From an uncultured Bacteroidaceae bacterium (GTDB lineage Bacteria; Bacteroidota; Bacteroidia; Bacteroidales; JAADGE01), in contig CAYYQW010000013.1 in NCBI GenBank assembly GCA_964472505.1, positions 247 to 64,246 on the forward strand: a stretch of DNA of 64,000 nt, in the 5' to 3' direction. A program made the translations under genes and the position numbers. The notes under the pieces are model-generated. The model did not search any database. It was not told where the DNA came from and saw only the letters and a list, made by a program, of their open reading frames with translations. This document shows, piece after piece, positions 1 to 8,317 of this stretch. Numbering within the stretch: position 1 is the first letter of the stretch; every line of letters begins with the position of its first letter.

Positions 1-141
1 AGTCGTTTGTAAAATGGGTTTTTGAAGAATGTGTTGCATAACATGGTATTGGTGGTGTTTTGTTTGTAGTTCGTCTTAAGATATGTGTCGTTTAACAGCA
101 TCATAAGTGCGGTTGGAATTTATAATTGGTTCAAGAAAGCG

Positions 142-169
142 TCTGATATCTGATTTCTGACCTCTGATT
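142..169 (+). repeat. Heptamer tandem array TCTGATA TCTGATT TCTGACC TCTGATT (decayed copy of the MITE-like family)
   Basis: Strict 7-nt periodicity read directly. The 14-mer TCTGACCTCTGATT is identical to the reverse complement of 56237-56250 inside the element at 56180-56516. Confidence 0.7.
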
Positions 170-185
170 TCCAACATTTCTTCGC

Positions 186-224
186 ACAAAAAAATCAGAG
201 CCTCACATTAGCAAGACTCTGATT
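186..224 (-). terminator. Rho-independent terminator-like hairpin downstream of the dipeptidase gene
   Basis: 8-bp stem AATCAGAG (193-200) / CTCTGATT (217-224), followed on the minus strand by a U-run (A-run 188-194 on the plus strand). It lies 22 nt after the TAA at 246-248. Confidence 0.55.
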
Positions 225-362
225 GAAAGAGTATTTTTCGCGGTTTTAATGCGAGCTGTCTTTTACTTTAAACTGATCGCCGGTTTCTTCAATAATTTTC
301 CGGTAATAATCTTCGCCGTAGCCCGGATATTTTACATGCGGATTTTGGTATCCGGGATTGGG

Positions 363-1946
363 TCATTTAATATTTCCGTCCATGTATTTCATAAACAGAT
401 ATTTATAAAAATCTTGCCACTTGCAAACAAGCGCATTTCCGGTATTTGCAGAATAATCGGTTAAAAATTCCACGGCCATTTTTTTGTCGGTTTTATGCAG
501 TTCCAGCGCAGCTTTGTCAATGGCAGGCGTATAATTTACATATTTAGTTTCCAATTTTTGCTGCAAGGAATCTATTTCCGGATGAATTAAATTATAGCGC
601 ATATAAGCAAAATTGCTAACTTGATTGAATGCCCAAAAGGCCGAGTTGTCGCTCCATTCCATCATGGCTCCGTTACCGCGCTCGTATGTTTCGGGCACTT
701 TGGAAATGCTGCTGTACATGGGCGCATATACGCAGGAAGCGGCATCATCAATACCAAACCAAATAATTCCGCCGATTTCATCGGGCAACCAATCGCGTGA
801 TTGTGATACGAATGAAAAACCGGTTTGCTGCGTGGCCGTAGCGCGCTCATTACAATACTTCACACTATCCACTTCCCATGTGAGCGGTCGCCAGCGGTAA
901 GGTCTTTCAAAGGCTTCGGCACCTATGTCTTTGCGCATATCTAATTCGGTGCCTTCCAAATGGTCGCGCATAAAATTGAACATATCCTGTACGCTTATTT
1001 TGCGGTTGGGTTTAATCCATAAAGGCATGCGATTAGTGGCGTATCCGTTGGGGTTTTGGGTTCCGTCGGCAAATTTACTGTCGTGTTTGATATTTCCTTT
1101 TACGTAATCAAAATGTTTTTGCATATCATCGTTTACATCTTTAAACATAGACCAAACGCGAATTTCACAAAAACGCGCACCGCCAAAATCTACGGGTGCA
1201 TAAGTATCGGAGAAACTGAAATGTTTGTCTTTTCCCTCGTACCATTCTTTTTCCCGTGCAAAATCTATCACGTCCGGAGCGTTGAATGTATCGGCATTCG
1301 GGTCGTCCCATTTATTTTCTTTTTGAAAAGAGAAGGTGGTAATGCGGGCTTGGTTGGCGTGTCCGCTGATGTATCCGTCCGGAATTCGGCGGGCTACCCA
1401 AACAGCTCCTTTTTCACCTTCGCCTTTACCGATGAGTTCCATAATCCAAACTTCATTTTCGTCGGCTATGGAAAAGGATTCGCCGCTGCTGTAATAGCCG
1501 TAATTATCCATAAGTTCGGCAATTACTTTAATGGCTTCGCGCGCGGTTTTGGAACGTTGCAGGGCAATAAACATGAGGCTTCCGTAATCCATTATGGCAC
1601 CGGATTGAGAGCCTAACTCACTGCGCCCGCCGTAAGTGGTTTCGCCAATGGCCACTTGGTGTTCGTTCATGTTTCCGACTACATTATAGGTATGTGCCAC
1701 TTGCGGAATTTGTCCGAGGTATTTTCCGGTATCCCATTCATAGACATCCAGCATGCTTCCGGCGGGCCAATCGGCAGCGGGCCAATGATAAAGTTCTCCG
1801 TAAAGTACATGGGCATCGGCTGCATAGCTTATCATTATTGAGCCGTCGGTTGAAGCTCCTTTGGTAATTAAAAAATTTGTGCAGGCCCGGCTTATGCCGT
1901 AAAAGCCAAAAAATGCAATTATCAAGACTAAAAACTGTTTTTTCAT
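363..1946 (-). CDS. Peptidase family C69 dipeptidase, secreted; the ORF as called ends at an in-frame TGA
   Basis: 527-aa ORF. A signal peptide is followed by the N-terminal nucleophile Cys (ISRAC-TNFLITKGAS), and the length is typical of C69. The same frame stays open for 38 more codons after the TGA (363-365) down to the TAA at 246-248. Confidence 0.9.
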   Translation of the reverse strand: MKKQFLVLIIAFFGFYGISRACTNFLITKGASTDGSIMISYAADAHVLYGELYHWPAADWPAGSMLDVYEWDTGKYLGQIPQVAHTYNVVGNMNEHQVAIGETTYGGRSELGSQSGAIMDYGSLMFIALQRSKTAREAIKVIAELMDNYGYYSSGESFSIADENEVWIMELIGKGEGEKGAVWVARRIPDGYISGHANQARITTFSFQKENKWDDPNADTFNAPDVIDFAREKEWYEGKDKHFSFSDTYAPVDFGGARFCEIRVWSMFKDVNDDMQKHFDYVKGNIKHDSKFADGTQNPNGYATNRMPLWIKPNRKISVQDMFNFMRDHLEGTELDMRKDIGAEAFERPYRWRPLTWEVDSVKYCNERATATQQTGFSFVSQSRDWLPDEIGGIIWFGIDDAASCVYAPMYSSISKVPETYERGNGAMMEWSDNSAFWAFNQVSNFAYMRYNLIHPEIDSLQQKLETKYVNYTPAIDKAALELHKTDKKMAVEFLTDYSANTGNALVCKWQDFYKYLFMKYMDGNIK

Positions 1947-2022
1947 AATTAAAATATTTATATTTGTTTATCGTTTGAATTCGAGCCCTAAATTTGGGAA
2001 TAATTTTTCAATTAAAAAAGTT

Positions 2023-2730
2023 ATGACAGACAAGCAACAGCAAATTACAGATATTCTGCAAACTAAATCGAGTATTAAACAAACCGTTTTCACTAGCACA
2101 CTGGAAACTTTTAAAGAACTCAAAACACTTTTGCGCCAAACAGCCACTCGATATAATGAAGCCCTGAATTCAACAGGAGTAAATAAGTTGTTTGAATTTC
2201 GCTACACCGGAGAGTTTCTTGCCGAGCTGCGCGTAGCCGGGGATGTGCTTATTTTTTATATGCATTCCAATGTATTTGATTTTGACAGAGACCACGCTGT
2301 AAAAAAGTCTAAATACTTGAAAGAAGACCCGACAGCTGCGTATTCGGGAGTTATAAATATTTATAACTTTTTAGCAGATTCTTTTAAATATGAGCGTAAC
2401 GAAGATTTGGGATACCTCATTGGACGTATTTTCATAAATAAAAATAAGCATTATTTTGTGGAGGGCAAGAGACAGGATGAATCGGCACATCCGCAGTTCG
2501 GAAATAATACAATTGACCGCGAAGCTTTACAAGCCATTACCGAGAATGCAATTGCCTATTCACTTCAATTTGATTTATTGGTTCCGCCCTACGACCGGGT
2601 TAAAGTTACCAATGTAGAACAGATTTCGAAAAAGAAATATCAGGGCCAACTAAAAACCGGCAAGCGTCTCGGCTTCGGTTTCAGATCCGATGATATCGAC
2701 GGTGATACAACACACTACACAGGCGGATAA
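2023..2730 (+). CDS. Conserved hypothetical protein (235 aa from ATG 2023)
   Basis: Long clean ORF. The track start at 1975 is a TTG, and the ATG at 2023 (MTDKQQQ) is more likely. No motif recognised. Confidence 0.7.
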   Translation: MTDKQQQITDILQTKSSIKQTVFTSTLETFKELKTLLRQTATRYNEALNSTGVNKLFEFRYTGEFLAELRVAGDVLIFYMHSNVFDFDRDHAVKKSKYLKEDPTAAYSGVINIYNFLADSFKYERNEDLGYLIGRIFINKNKHYFVEGKRQDESAHPQFGNNTIDREALQAITENAIAYSLQFDLLVPPYDRVKVTNVEQISKKKYQGQLKTGKRLGFGFRSDDIDGDTTHYTGG

Positions 2731-2766
2731 CATTTTTAATCATACAGTTAAATAATCTTAGTTAAA

Positions 2767-3864
2767 ATGACACTTTTAATAATATACTTACTTTTCGCCA
2801 TCGGAGGCTCCTTTTTATGTTCGATATTAGAAGCGGTGTTGCTTTCCACGCCGGTTTCATTTATTGACGTAAAGCTTAAGCAAGGCCACAAATCTGCACA
2901 TCGTTTGCGTCAAATAAAAGAAAATATTGACCGGCCATTGGCGGCCATACTGTCTTTTAATACCATTGCACATACCATAGGAGCTGTTGGCGTGGGCGCA
3001 CAAGCGGCTATTGTTTTTCAAAACATTTCTTTCGGAATCATTTCCGCTACGCTTACCGTGTTGATTCTGGTTTTCTCCGAAATTATACCCAAAACCATCG
3101 GAGCCAAATATTGGCGAAAATTAGCCCTTCCTTCAGGTAAAATAATCAATGTAATTATTATTTTAATGTACCCTTTTGTGCTGATTGCCGAACTTATTTC
3201 AAAATTGTTCACCGGCAACGAGCAAGAATTCACGGTAAGCCGTGACGAACTCTCTGCCATGGCTGATATCGGAACTAAAGAAGGCATTTTTGAAGAGAAA
3301 GAAAATAAAATAATACAAAGTCTGGTGCGCCTCAAAACCGTAATAACCGATGAAGTAATGACCCCGCGCGTTGTGGTAACTACAGCAGATGAGAATATGA
3401 CCATAAAAGAATTTTTGGCCAATAAAACCCATATTCATTATTCTCGCATTCCGTTGTATTCAAATGATAAAGACAGCATAACCGGTTACACCACACGTAA
3501 ATTGGTATTAGATAAACAAGCCGAAAACTTACAAGACATTAAACTCAAAGATATAAAGCGCGAAATCGTTGCAGTATATGCCAAAGCTCCCGTTTATCAA
3601 GTCTGGGAATTGCTGCTGAAACGCAAAGAGCACATTGCTTTGGTTGTGGACGAATTTGGCGGGATGGACGGCATTATAACTATGGAAGATATTTTGGAAA
3701 CCATTTTGGGCCTTGAAATAACCGATGAAACCGACCGTGTAACCGATATGCAAGAATATGCCCGAAAACGTTGGGAAGAAAAACGCCTGAAATATTCATT
3801 TTTTGATGATGAAGAAAAAAGTGCAGACTCCCAAAATATAAATCAGCAGCCCCCGGAGAATTAA
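2767..3864 (+). CDS. CNNM/DUF21 transmembrane domain plus CBS-pair protein (HlyC/CorC-type putative divalent cation efflux)
   Basis: N-terminal 4-TM DUF21-like region, then CBS-pair motifs (VMTPRVVV, IALVVDEFGGMDGIITMEDILE). Confidence 0.85.
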   Translation: MTLLIIYLLFAIGGSFLCSILEAVLLSTPVSFIDVKLKQGHKSAHRLRQIKENIDRPLAAILSFNTIAHTIGAVGVGAQAAIVFQNISFGIISATLTVLILVFSEIIPKTIGAKYWRKLALPSGKIINVIIILMYPFVLIAELISKLFTGNEQEFTVSRDELSAMADIGTKEGIFEEKENKIIQSLVRLKTVITDEVMTPRVVVTTADENMTIKEFLANKTHIHYSRIPLYSNDKDSITGYTTRKLVLDKQAENLQDIKLKDIKREIVAVYAKAPVYQVWELLLKRKEHIALVVDEFGGMDGIITMEDILETILGLEITDETDRVTDMQEYARKRWEEKRLKYSFFDDEEKSADSQNINQQPPEN

Positions 3865-4233
3865 AAATACATGCATAAGTGCCCTGATACGGCTGAGCTC
3901 AATTGTGAAGCTTTGAGAGAATATATTCTTGGAGCCACGGATAAATGCAAATCTGTGTGTCAGTTAGTAATTAAAGTTTCGCAGCTATGCAAGCCCTAAT
4001 ATCGTGGCTTTTAATACATTATATTTTTATCGCAATTGTACTGCAAAGTCTTGTTTATTAAATCGTTATACAGATAATTCCCAAGAAAGATTTTTTGCTT
4101 CGAAACTTACCGGTTATGTATTTGAATAAGCTTATCTGTGTGTTTCACGGTCACTTTTTAAAAGCACATAGAACATAAAAGAACACAAAGAGTTTTTTAT
4201 TATAATATTACGCTAATTTATTTTCCCCTGCGC

Positions 4234-4257
4234 CCGTGTGGTGTTTTCACCGCACGG
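4234..4257. other. Strong hairpin (10-bp stem, TTTT loop) in the convergent spacer between the CNNM gene and pyrI
   Basis: CCGTGTGGTG TTTT CACCGCACGG with one G-T pair. There is no flanking T-run on either strand, so it is not a classical intrinsic terminator. Confidence 0.4.
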
Positions 4258-4318
4258 AATTATAAAGCCGCCTGTTTTGCTTCGAGCCTTTTTAAAAATT
4301 TGAGCAAGGGAAAACAGC

Positions 4319-4777
4319 TTAATGAATTTTAAAATTGGACTTTTCGGTTATTTTTTCACAATAGTCACATTTTAAGCTTATTTCGCCTTTGTTTACAACT
4401 GTAAATCGCGTAGGGATTTTTTCGTGATTGGTAATGCACTTGGGGTTTACGCAGGTGGCAAGGCCGTATATTTTATCGGGTGCGGTAACCTGCTTCTTCT
4501 CAACTACCTTGTAGTCGCGTATTACGTTTATTCCGGCTGTTTCCGTAATCAATGCTATGCGGTTTAAGTCTTTTTCTTCCAGAAACACATCCCAAAGTTT
4601 TATCAGCCCTTTGTGGCCGAGCTTTTTACTTTCCATATTGGTGCCGAAGGTTATGGGCTTGTCAATATGCTCCAAACCCAACACTTTTATTACGGTAAAT
4701 AAACGCTCCGCAGGGATATGGTCAATAACGGTTCCGTCTTTTATGGCATTTACATGCAGTATTTTCTTTTTGTCCAT
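4319..4777 (-). CDS. pyrI: Aspartate carbamoyltransferase regulatory subunit
   Basis: 152 aa. It has the C-terminal zinc motif CVNPKC...CDYC and lies immediately downstream of pyrB. Confidence 0.93.
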   Translation of the reverse strand: MDKKKILHVNAIKDGTVIDHIPAERLFTVIKVLGLEHIDKPITFGTNMESKKLGHKGLIKLWDVFLEEKDLNRIALITETAGINVIRDYKVVEKKQVTAPDKIYGLATCVNPKCITNHEKIPTRFTVVNKGEISLKCDYCEKITEKSNFKIH

Positions 4778-4850
4778 GGTATAGTTTTCTTAATAGTTTT
4801 CTGTGTCTGACAAAATTGCAGTTATAAAAATATATAATAAACTCGTAATT

Positions 4851-5780
4851 CTATGCGTTTTCGGGTTCTATGCCGAGAATTTTGCTCATAATCGCTTGCC
4901 GTGTATAAACCCCGTTTTTGGCTTGTTCAAAATAATAGGCATGGGGCGAATCATCTACATCGGTGCTGATTTCATTTACGCGGGGTAAGGGATGCAAGAC
5001 TTTTAGGCTTGGTTTTGCATTGTGCAACATGCTGCGATCTAATATGTAATTGTCTTTTGTTTTTTCATATTCAATCGGGTCCGAAAAGCGTTCGCGTTGC
5101 ACGCGCGTCATGTATATAATATCAGCTTGGCTTAAATCTTCCGGAAACTCGGAATGTTCTTCATAATCTATCCGGTTATCTTTCAACAACATACGGTATT
5201 CATAAGGAATGCGTAATTTTGGGTGAGAAATAAAATTAAATTTCGGATTAAAATCAGACATGGCCATAATCAGGGAATGCACCGTGCGTCCGTATTTCAA
5301 ATCGCCTACCAAATACAGATTAAGATTTTCTAATGTCCCTTGTGTTTTGTAAATCGAATACACGTCTAACAGAGTTTGCGTAGGATGTTGATTGGCTCCG
5401 TCTCCGGCATTTACCACCGGAATACCGGCAACTTCCGAAGCATACTTTGCGCTGCCCTCCAAGGGATGCCGCATGATAATGAGATCGGAGTAGTTGGCTA
5501 CGGTACGAATGGTATCATTCAGGCTCTCGCCTTTGCTTACACTGGATGAGCCCGCTTCGGTAAAGCCCACAATGCGGCCACTGAGTTGGTTTACGGCGCT
5601 CTCAAAGCTCAGCCGCGTACGAGTGGACGGCTCAAAGAATAAGCTGGCAATAACCTGATCCCTCAAAATGCGTTGCCGGGGTTTTTTTTCAAAAACGGCT
5701 GCCAGTCGGACTATCTCCATAATCTCTTCTTTGGAATAGTCTTTTACCGAAATTAGACTTCTGTTTTGCATGGTTTTCAT
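4851..5780 (-). CDS. pyrB: Aspartate carbamoyltransferase catalytic subunit
   Basis: 309 aa. Contains the carbamoyl-phosphate site FFEPSTRTRLSFE, plus HPTQ and HPLPR motifs. Confidence 0.95.
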   Translation of the reverse strand: MKTMQNRSLISVKDYSKEEIMEIVRLAAVFEKKPRQRILRDQVIASLFFEPSTRTRLSFESAVNQLSGRIVGFTEAGSSSVSKGESLNDTIRTVANYSDLIIMRHPLEGSAKYASEVAGIPVVNAGDGANQHPTQTLLDVYSIYKTQGTLENLNLYLVGDLKYGRTVHSLIMAMSDFNPKFNFISHPKLRIPYEYRMLLKDNRIDYEEHSEFPEDLSQADIIYMTRVQRERFSDPIEYEKTKDNYILDRSMLHNAKPSLKVLHPLPRVNEISTDVDDSPHAYYFEQAKNGVYTRQAIMSKILGIEPENA

Positions 5781-5806
5781 AACGTTTAGAATTGCTTGTT
5801 TTGAAC

Positions 5807-5839
5807 AAAAAAAAACCTGTCGCTTTTTAACGACAGGTT
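5807..5839 (-). terminator. Intrinsic terminator 27 nt upstream of the pyrB start codon (candidate attenuator)
   Basis: Perfect stem ACCTGTCG (5815-5822) / CGACAGGT (5831-5838) with an 8-nt loop. On the minus strand it is followed by a run of 9 U (A-run 5807-5815 on the plus strand). Confidence 0.7.
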
Positions 5840-5842
5840 AAA

Positions 5843-5890
5843 TTAATTTTTCCGTATTTCGGAATGAGATATAATGCGTTTCGGTTTCAT
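5843..5890 (-). promoter_or_regulatory. Candidate 15-codon leader ORF (MKPKRIISHSEIRKN) ending 4 nt before the attenuator stem
   Basis: ATG at 5890-5888 and TAA at 5845-5843, read directly. The geometry resembles the enterobacterial pyrBI leader. Translation is unproven. Confidence 0.35.
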
Positions 5891-5898
5891 ATTACCGG

Positions 5899-5906
5899 CA
5901 AAATTA
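5899..5906 (-). promoter_or_regulatory. Bacteroidota -7 promoter box TAATTTTG upstream of the pyrB leader
   Basis: Matches the TAnnTTTG consensus. Its G lies 8 nt upstream of the leader ATG. Confidence 0.35.
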
Positions 5907-6090
5907 AAAACATTTTTCTTAAGAAAAAACATTAATTGGCAGCTCATGTGTCAGGGGTTTCAAGTATTTGTAAATTAGTAATTTAGATTAATGGTTTGTT
6001 GTATAATTCTTGGCTTAAATTAACTTTTAAAGCAGCGCCCTGTAAGCGGCTTTTGCAGCAAACAAGTCGAAAAAGGGTGAACGTTCCGAC

Positions 6091-6199
6091 TTGCAGACGG
6101 ATTGCAAAATTGTCTTCCGGCTTCAAGCTTAACGATAAATATTTTTGATGAGCGATTTTTAGTGTCTGAAATCTGACTTCTGATATCTGAAATCTCATT
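6091..6199 (+). repeat. Decayed copy of the MITE-like family: 27-nt conserved box plus heptamer array
   Basis: The box TGCAGACGGATTGCAAAATTGTCTTCC (6091-6117) matches the reverse complement of 56274-56300 at 23 of 27 positions. The array TCTGAAA TCTGACT TCTGATA TCTGAAA TCTCATT spans 6165-6199. Confidence 0.6.
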
Positions 6200-6241
6200 A
6201 ACTAAAATACCGAGAAAATGAATTTTGCACCTGTACCCGAA

Positions 6242-7159
6242 TCAGTATGACAGATTCTGTATTAAAAAGCGATAAAGTTCTACGGTATCGTCGATATCGT
6301 GTTTGAATATGCTTTCTTTGGCTGAATGGGGATTTTTAGTTGGCGGCCCTATGAAGCACCAGCTTATGGGATAGGCCGTTTTTTGCAAGGCCATTCCGTC
6401 GCTGCCTCCGGCTGCTTCTACTTCAATTTGATATTTTAAATCAGTTTTTTCTAAAATCTTTAAAATGTGTTTTAAATAGCTGCGCCTCGGTATGCCTTTG
6501 TCGCGGATGGAAACGGCCGGACCTTTTCCGTGATGAATGTTTTCGGTAATCCAGGTACTGTCCAAAATAAGGGCATTGTCTGTTTTGAATGTTTCATATA
6601 TAAATCTGCCGCAAATTTCGGCACCGCCAAATCCGTGTTCTTCATAAGATGTGAATGCTATTACAAAATCATCACTCAATTCAGCCAGTTGTATAGCCGT
6701 ATAAATCCCTACCCGATTATCTAAGTAAGGAGCTTTTATGTAGTCTCCCTTTTGCTCATATTCCGGATAATAAGTCAGTTGAGTACCCGGTTGAATTTTA
6801 CGAAAAAAATCAATGGACTTGTTATCTTTCTCATCTTTTCTGATTTCGCCGCAAACGGAACCTTTGTTGTCTTTGCCAACCAAACGGTCGCCTGCTTTAC
6901 CGGCCGGTGAGCCTATGGGAATCAAATGATTATTGTAGCCTACGGTATATCCCGTAGTATCTGCGTGCACAAATATTGCTGCTTTGGGCTTTTCCCCGAT
7001 TTGTACTATTAGATTATCTTGTAACTCTCGGCCTGAAAAAAGCTTTACTTTGCTTTTTAAATCCGGGTTTTCTCTAAAATAATCCTGCAAAAAATCAGTC
7101 ATCTTAGCTTCGTCTCCCGAAACAGAGGCTACGCCAATTAGTTGTTTTAAAAGTTCCAT
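6242..7159 (-). CDS. M42-type (FrvX-like) metallo-aminopeptidase family protein
   Basis: 305 aa with VHADTTGY and SYEEHGFGGA metal-ligand style motifs. Confidence 0.7.
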   Translation of the reverse strand: MELLKQLIGVASVSGDEAKMTDFLQDYFRENPDLKSKVKLFSGRELQDNLIVQIGEKPKAAIFVHADTTGYTVGYNNHLIPIGSPAGKAGDRLVGKDNKGSVCGEIRKDEKDNKSIDFFRKIQPGTQLTYYPEYEQKGDYIKAPYLDNRVGIYTAIQLAELSDDFVIAFTSYEEHGFGGAEICGRFIYETFKTDNALILDSTWITENIHHGKGPAVSIRDKGIPRRSYLKHILKILEKTDLKYQIEVEAAGGSDGMALQKTAYPISWCFIGPPTKNPHSAKESIFKHDIDDTVELYRFLIQNLSY

Positions 7160-7173
7160 AATATTTTGAAAGC

Positions 7174-8241
7174 TTATTTTGGTTTTCGCAGCAACACCAT
7201 GGTTGCTCCGTAGCCGTACTCGGCATAAGATGCATCCTGAAACAGGCAGGATTTATATTTGCGCTGCAATTCTCTGCGCAAACTGTGCTTTAAACTGCCG
7301 CCGCCTACTCCGTGTATGAACACTATTTTTCTTGGTTTACCCGCTTTAAGTGCATCATCCATTTCTTGCCTAAAACGGTCCATTTGATAATTTAATTTAT
7401 CGGCATCGGACATTCCGGTCTCATCATCAAGTAATTGGTGGATATGTAAATCTACTTCTTTATAAGATTTGGAATTCTCTTCCGCGCTTTTCTGCTTACT
7501 TTCTTTTCTTGCCGGTTGTTTTTCGCGTTTTACGGCTTCGGCAAATTTCTTGTCTTTGAGTTGCTCCAAAGCTTTATTCATTGGATTATCTTCCAAAACA
7601 GTAACAATCAAAGCTTTCTCATCAAAAAAATCATTGGGTTTATAAGCTCCTTCTTTAAACAGTTTTGCCGCTTTAAGCCGAATATCATTTGTAACCGGCT
7701 CTCGGAAATTAAACGGCCGTTTGTCGAAAAAATTCGCTTGAAAAAGATAATCCATATCATCTTTAATCTCTGTGCGCGCTACTTCCTTCAGGAAAATTTT
7801 AATATTTGGCTCGGCTTCACCTTTCAAAATATAAAAATCATCTTTTGATTTACGGCTTAAGTTGTATTGCAAAAAATAATTACTGTCATTAATCAAAAAC
7901 ATATCAAAACCGTCATCGGTCAGAAATTTTTGATTTTTGGGTACGGCAGCGAGATAAATATTTACATCACCACTGTCGGTATAAAAAACTTCGCTGTCTT
8001 CAATTTCTTCCGGTTCTTCTTTGGCCGGATGCGTAGTTTCCGTGCTTTCCTGTGTGCTGCGTGATTTCAAAACAGCATCCGGGCTCCACGCTTTGTCAAT
8101 AATGACTTCCGATTTTAAAACCGGTATTTCAAATCCGTCTTCATTCAGAACGGAAACCGTTTCATTATCGATTATTTTTACAATTGTTCCGCCTCCGGTT
8201 TCATTCAGAAAAGATACTTTATCGCCTGTTTTTAGTTCCAT
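7174..8241 (-). CDS. Smr (MutS2 C-terminal-like) domain protein
   Basis: 355 aa. The C-terminal Smr motif is VDLHIHQL...IVFIHGVGGGSLKHSLRREL. The N-terminal domain is not recognised. Confidence 0.75.
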   Translation of the reverse strand: MELKTGDKVSFLNETGGGTIVKIIDNETVSVLNEDGFEIPVLKSEVIIDKAWSPDAVLKSRSTQESTETTHPAKEEPEEIEDSEVFYTDSGDVNIYLAAVPKNQKFLTDDGFDMFLINDSNYFLQYNLSRKSKDDFYILKGEAEPNIKIFLKEVARTEIKDDMDYLFQANFFDKRPFNFREPVTNDIRLKAAKLFKEGAYKPNDFFDEKALIVTVLEDNPMNKALEQLKDKKFAEAVKREKQPARKESKQKSAEENSKSYKEVDLHIHQLLDDETGMSDADKLNYQMDRFRQEMDDALKAGKPRKIVFIHGVGGGSLKHSLRRELQRKYKSCLFQDASYAEYGYGATMVLLRKPK

Positions 8242-8317
8242 TGTTCAATATTTTTTGCAAAGGTAAAGAAATAATTCAATTTTGCACGGTGATTTTTTTA
8301 ATGAAAAGCCTTAAAAA

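Noticed and set aside
246-365. An alternative genetic code (TGA read as sense) as the explanation for the in-frame TGA in the dipeptidase.
   Set aside because: All other genes in the window give full-length, homologue-sized products under the standard code. TGA is also used as a genuine stop elsewhere, for example at 40763-40765.
1056-1616. Long antisense or shadow ORFs inside real genes, for example 1056-1616, 8633-9106, 9755-10252, 16490-16993, 25687-26070, 36133-36552, 52034-52486, 55571-55969, 60826-61224 and 62638-62964.
   Set aside because: Each lies entirely within a confidently identified gene on the opposite strand or in another frame, and has repetitive or hydrophobic junk-like composition.
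1972-1990. TTGAATTCGAGCCC in the dipeptidase/hypothetical divergent spacer, which resembles the copy B TIR plus its adjacent bases (TTGAATTGAGCCC).
   Set aside because: There is no partner inverted repeat, no duplication and no further similarity. The spacer is only 76 bp. The match may be chance or a very old solo end, and cannot be supported as an element.
5983-6198. 71-aa minus-strand ORF (MRFQISEVRFQ...).
   Set aside because: It is the translation of the TCTGAnn heptamer array and the decayed mobile-element sequence. It is low-complexity, with no start context or coding signal.
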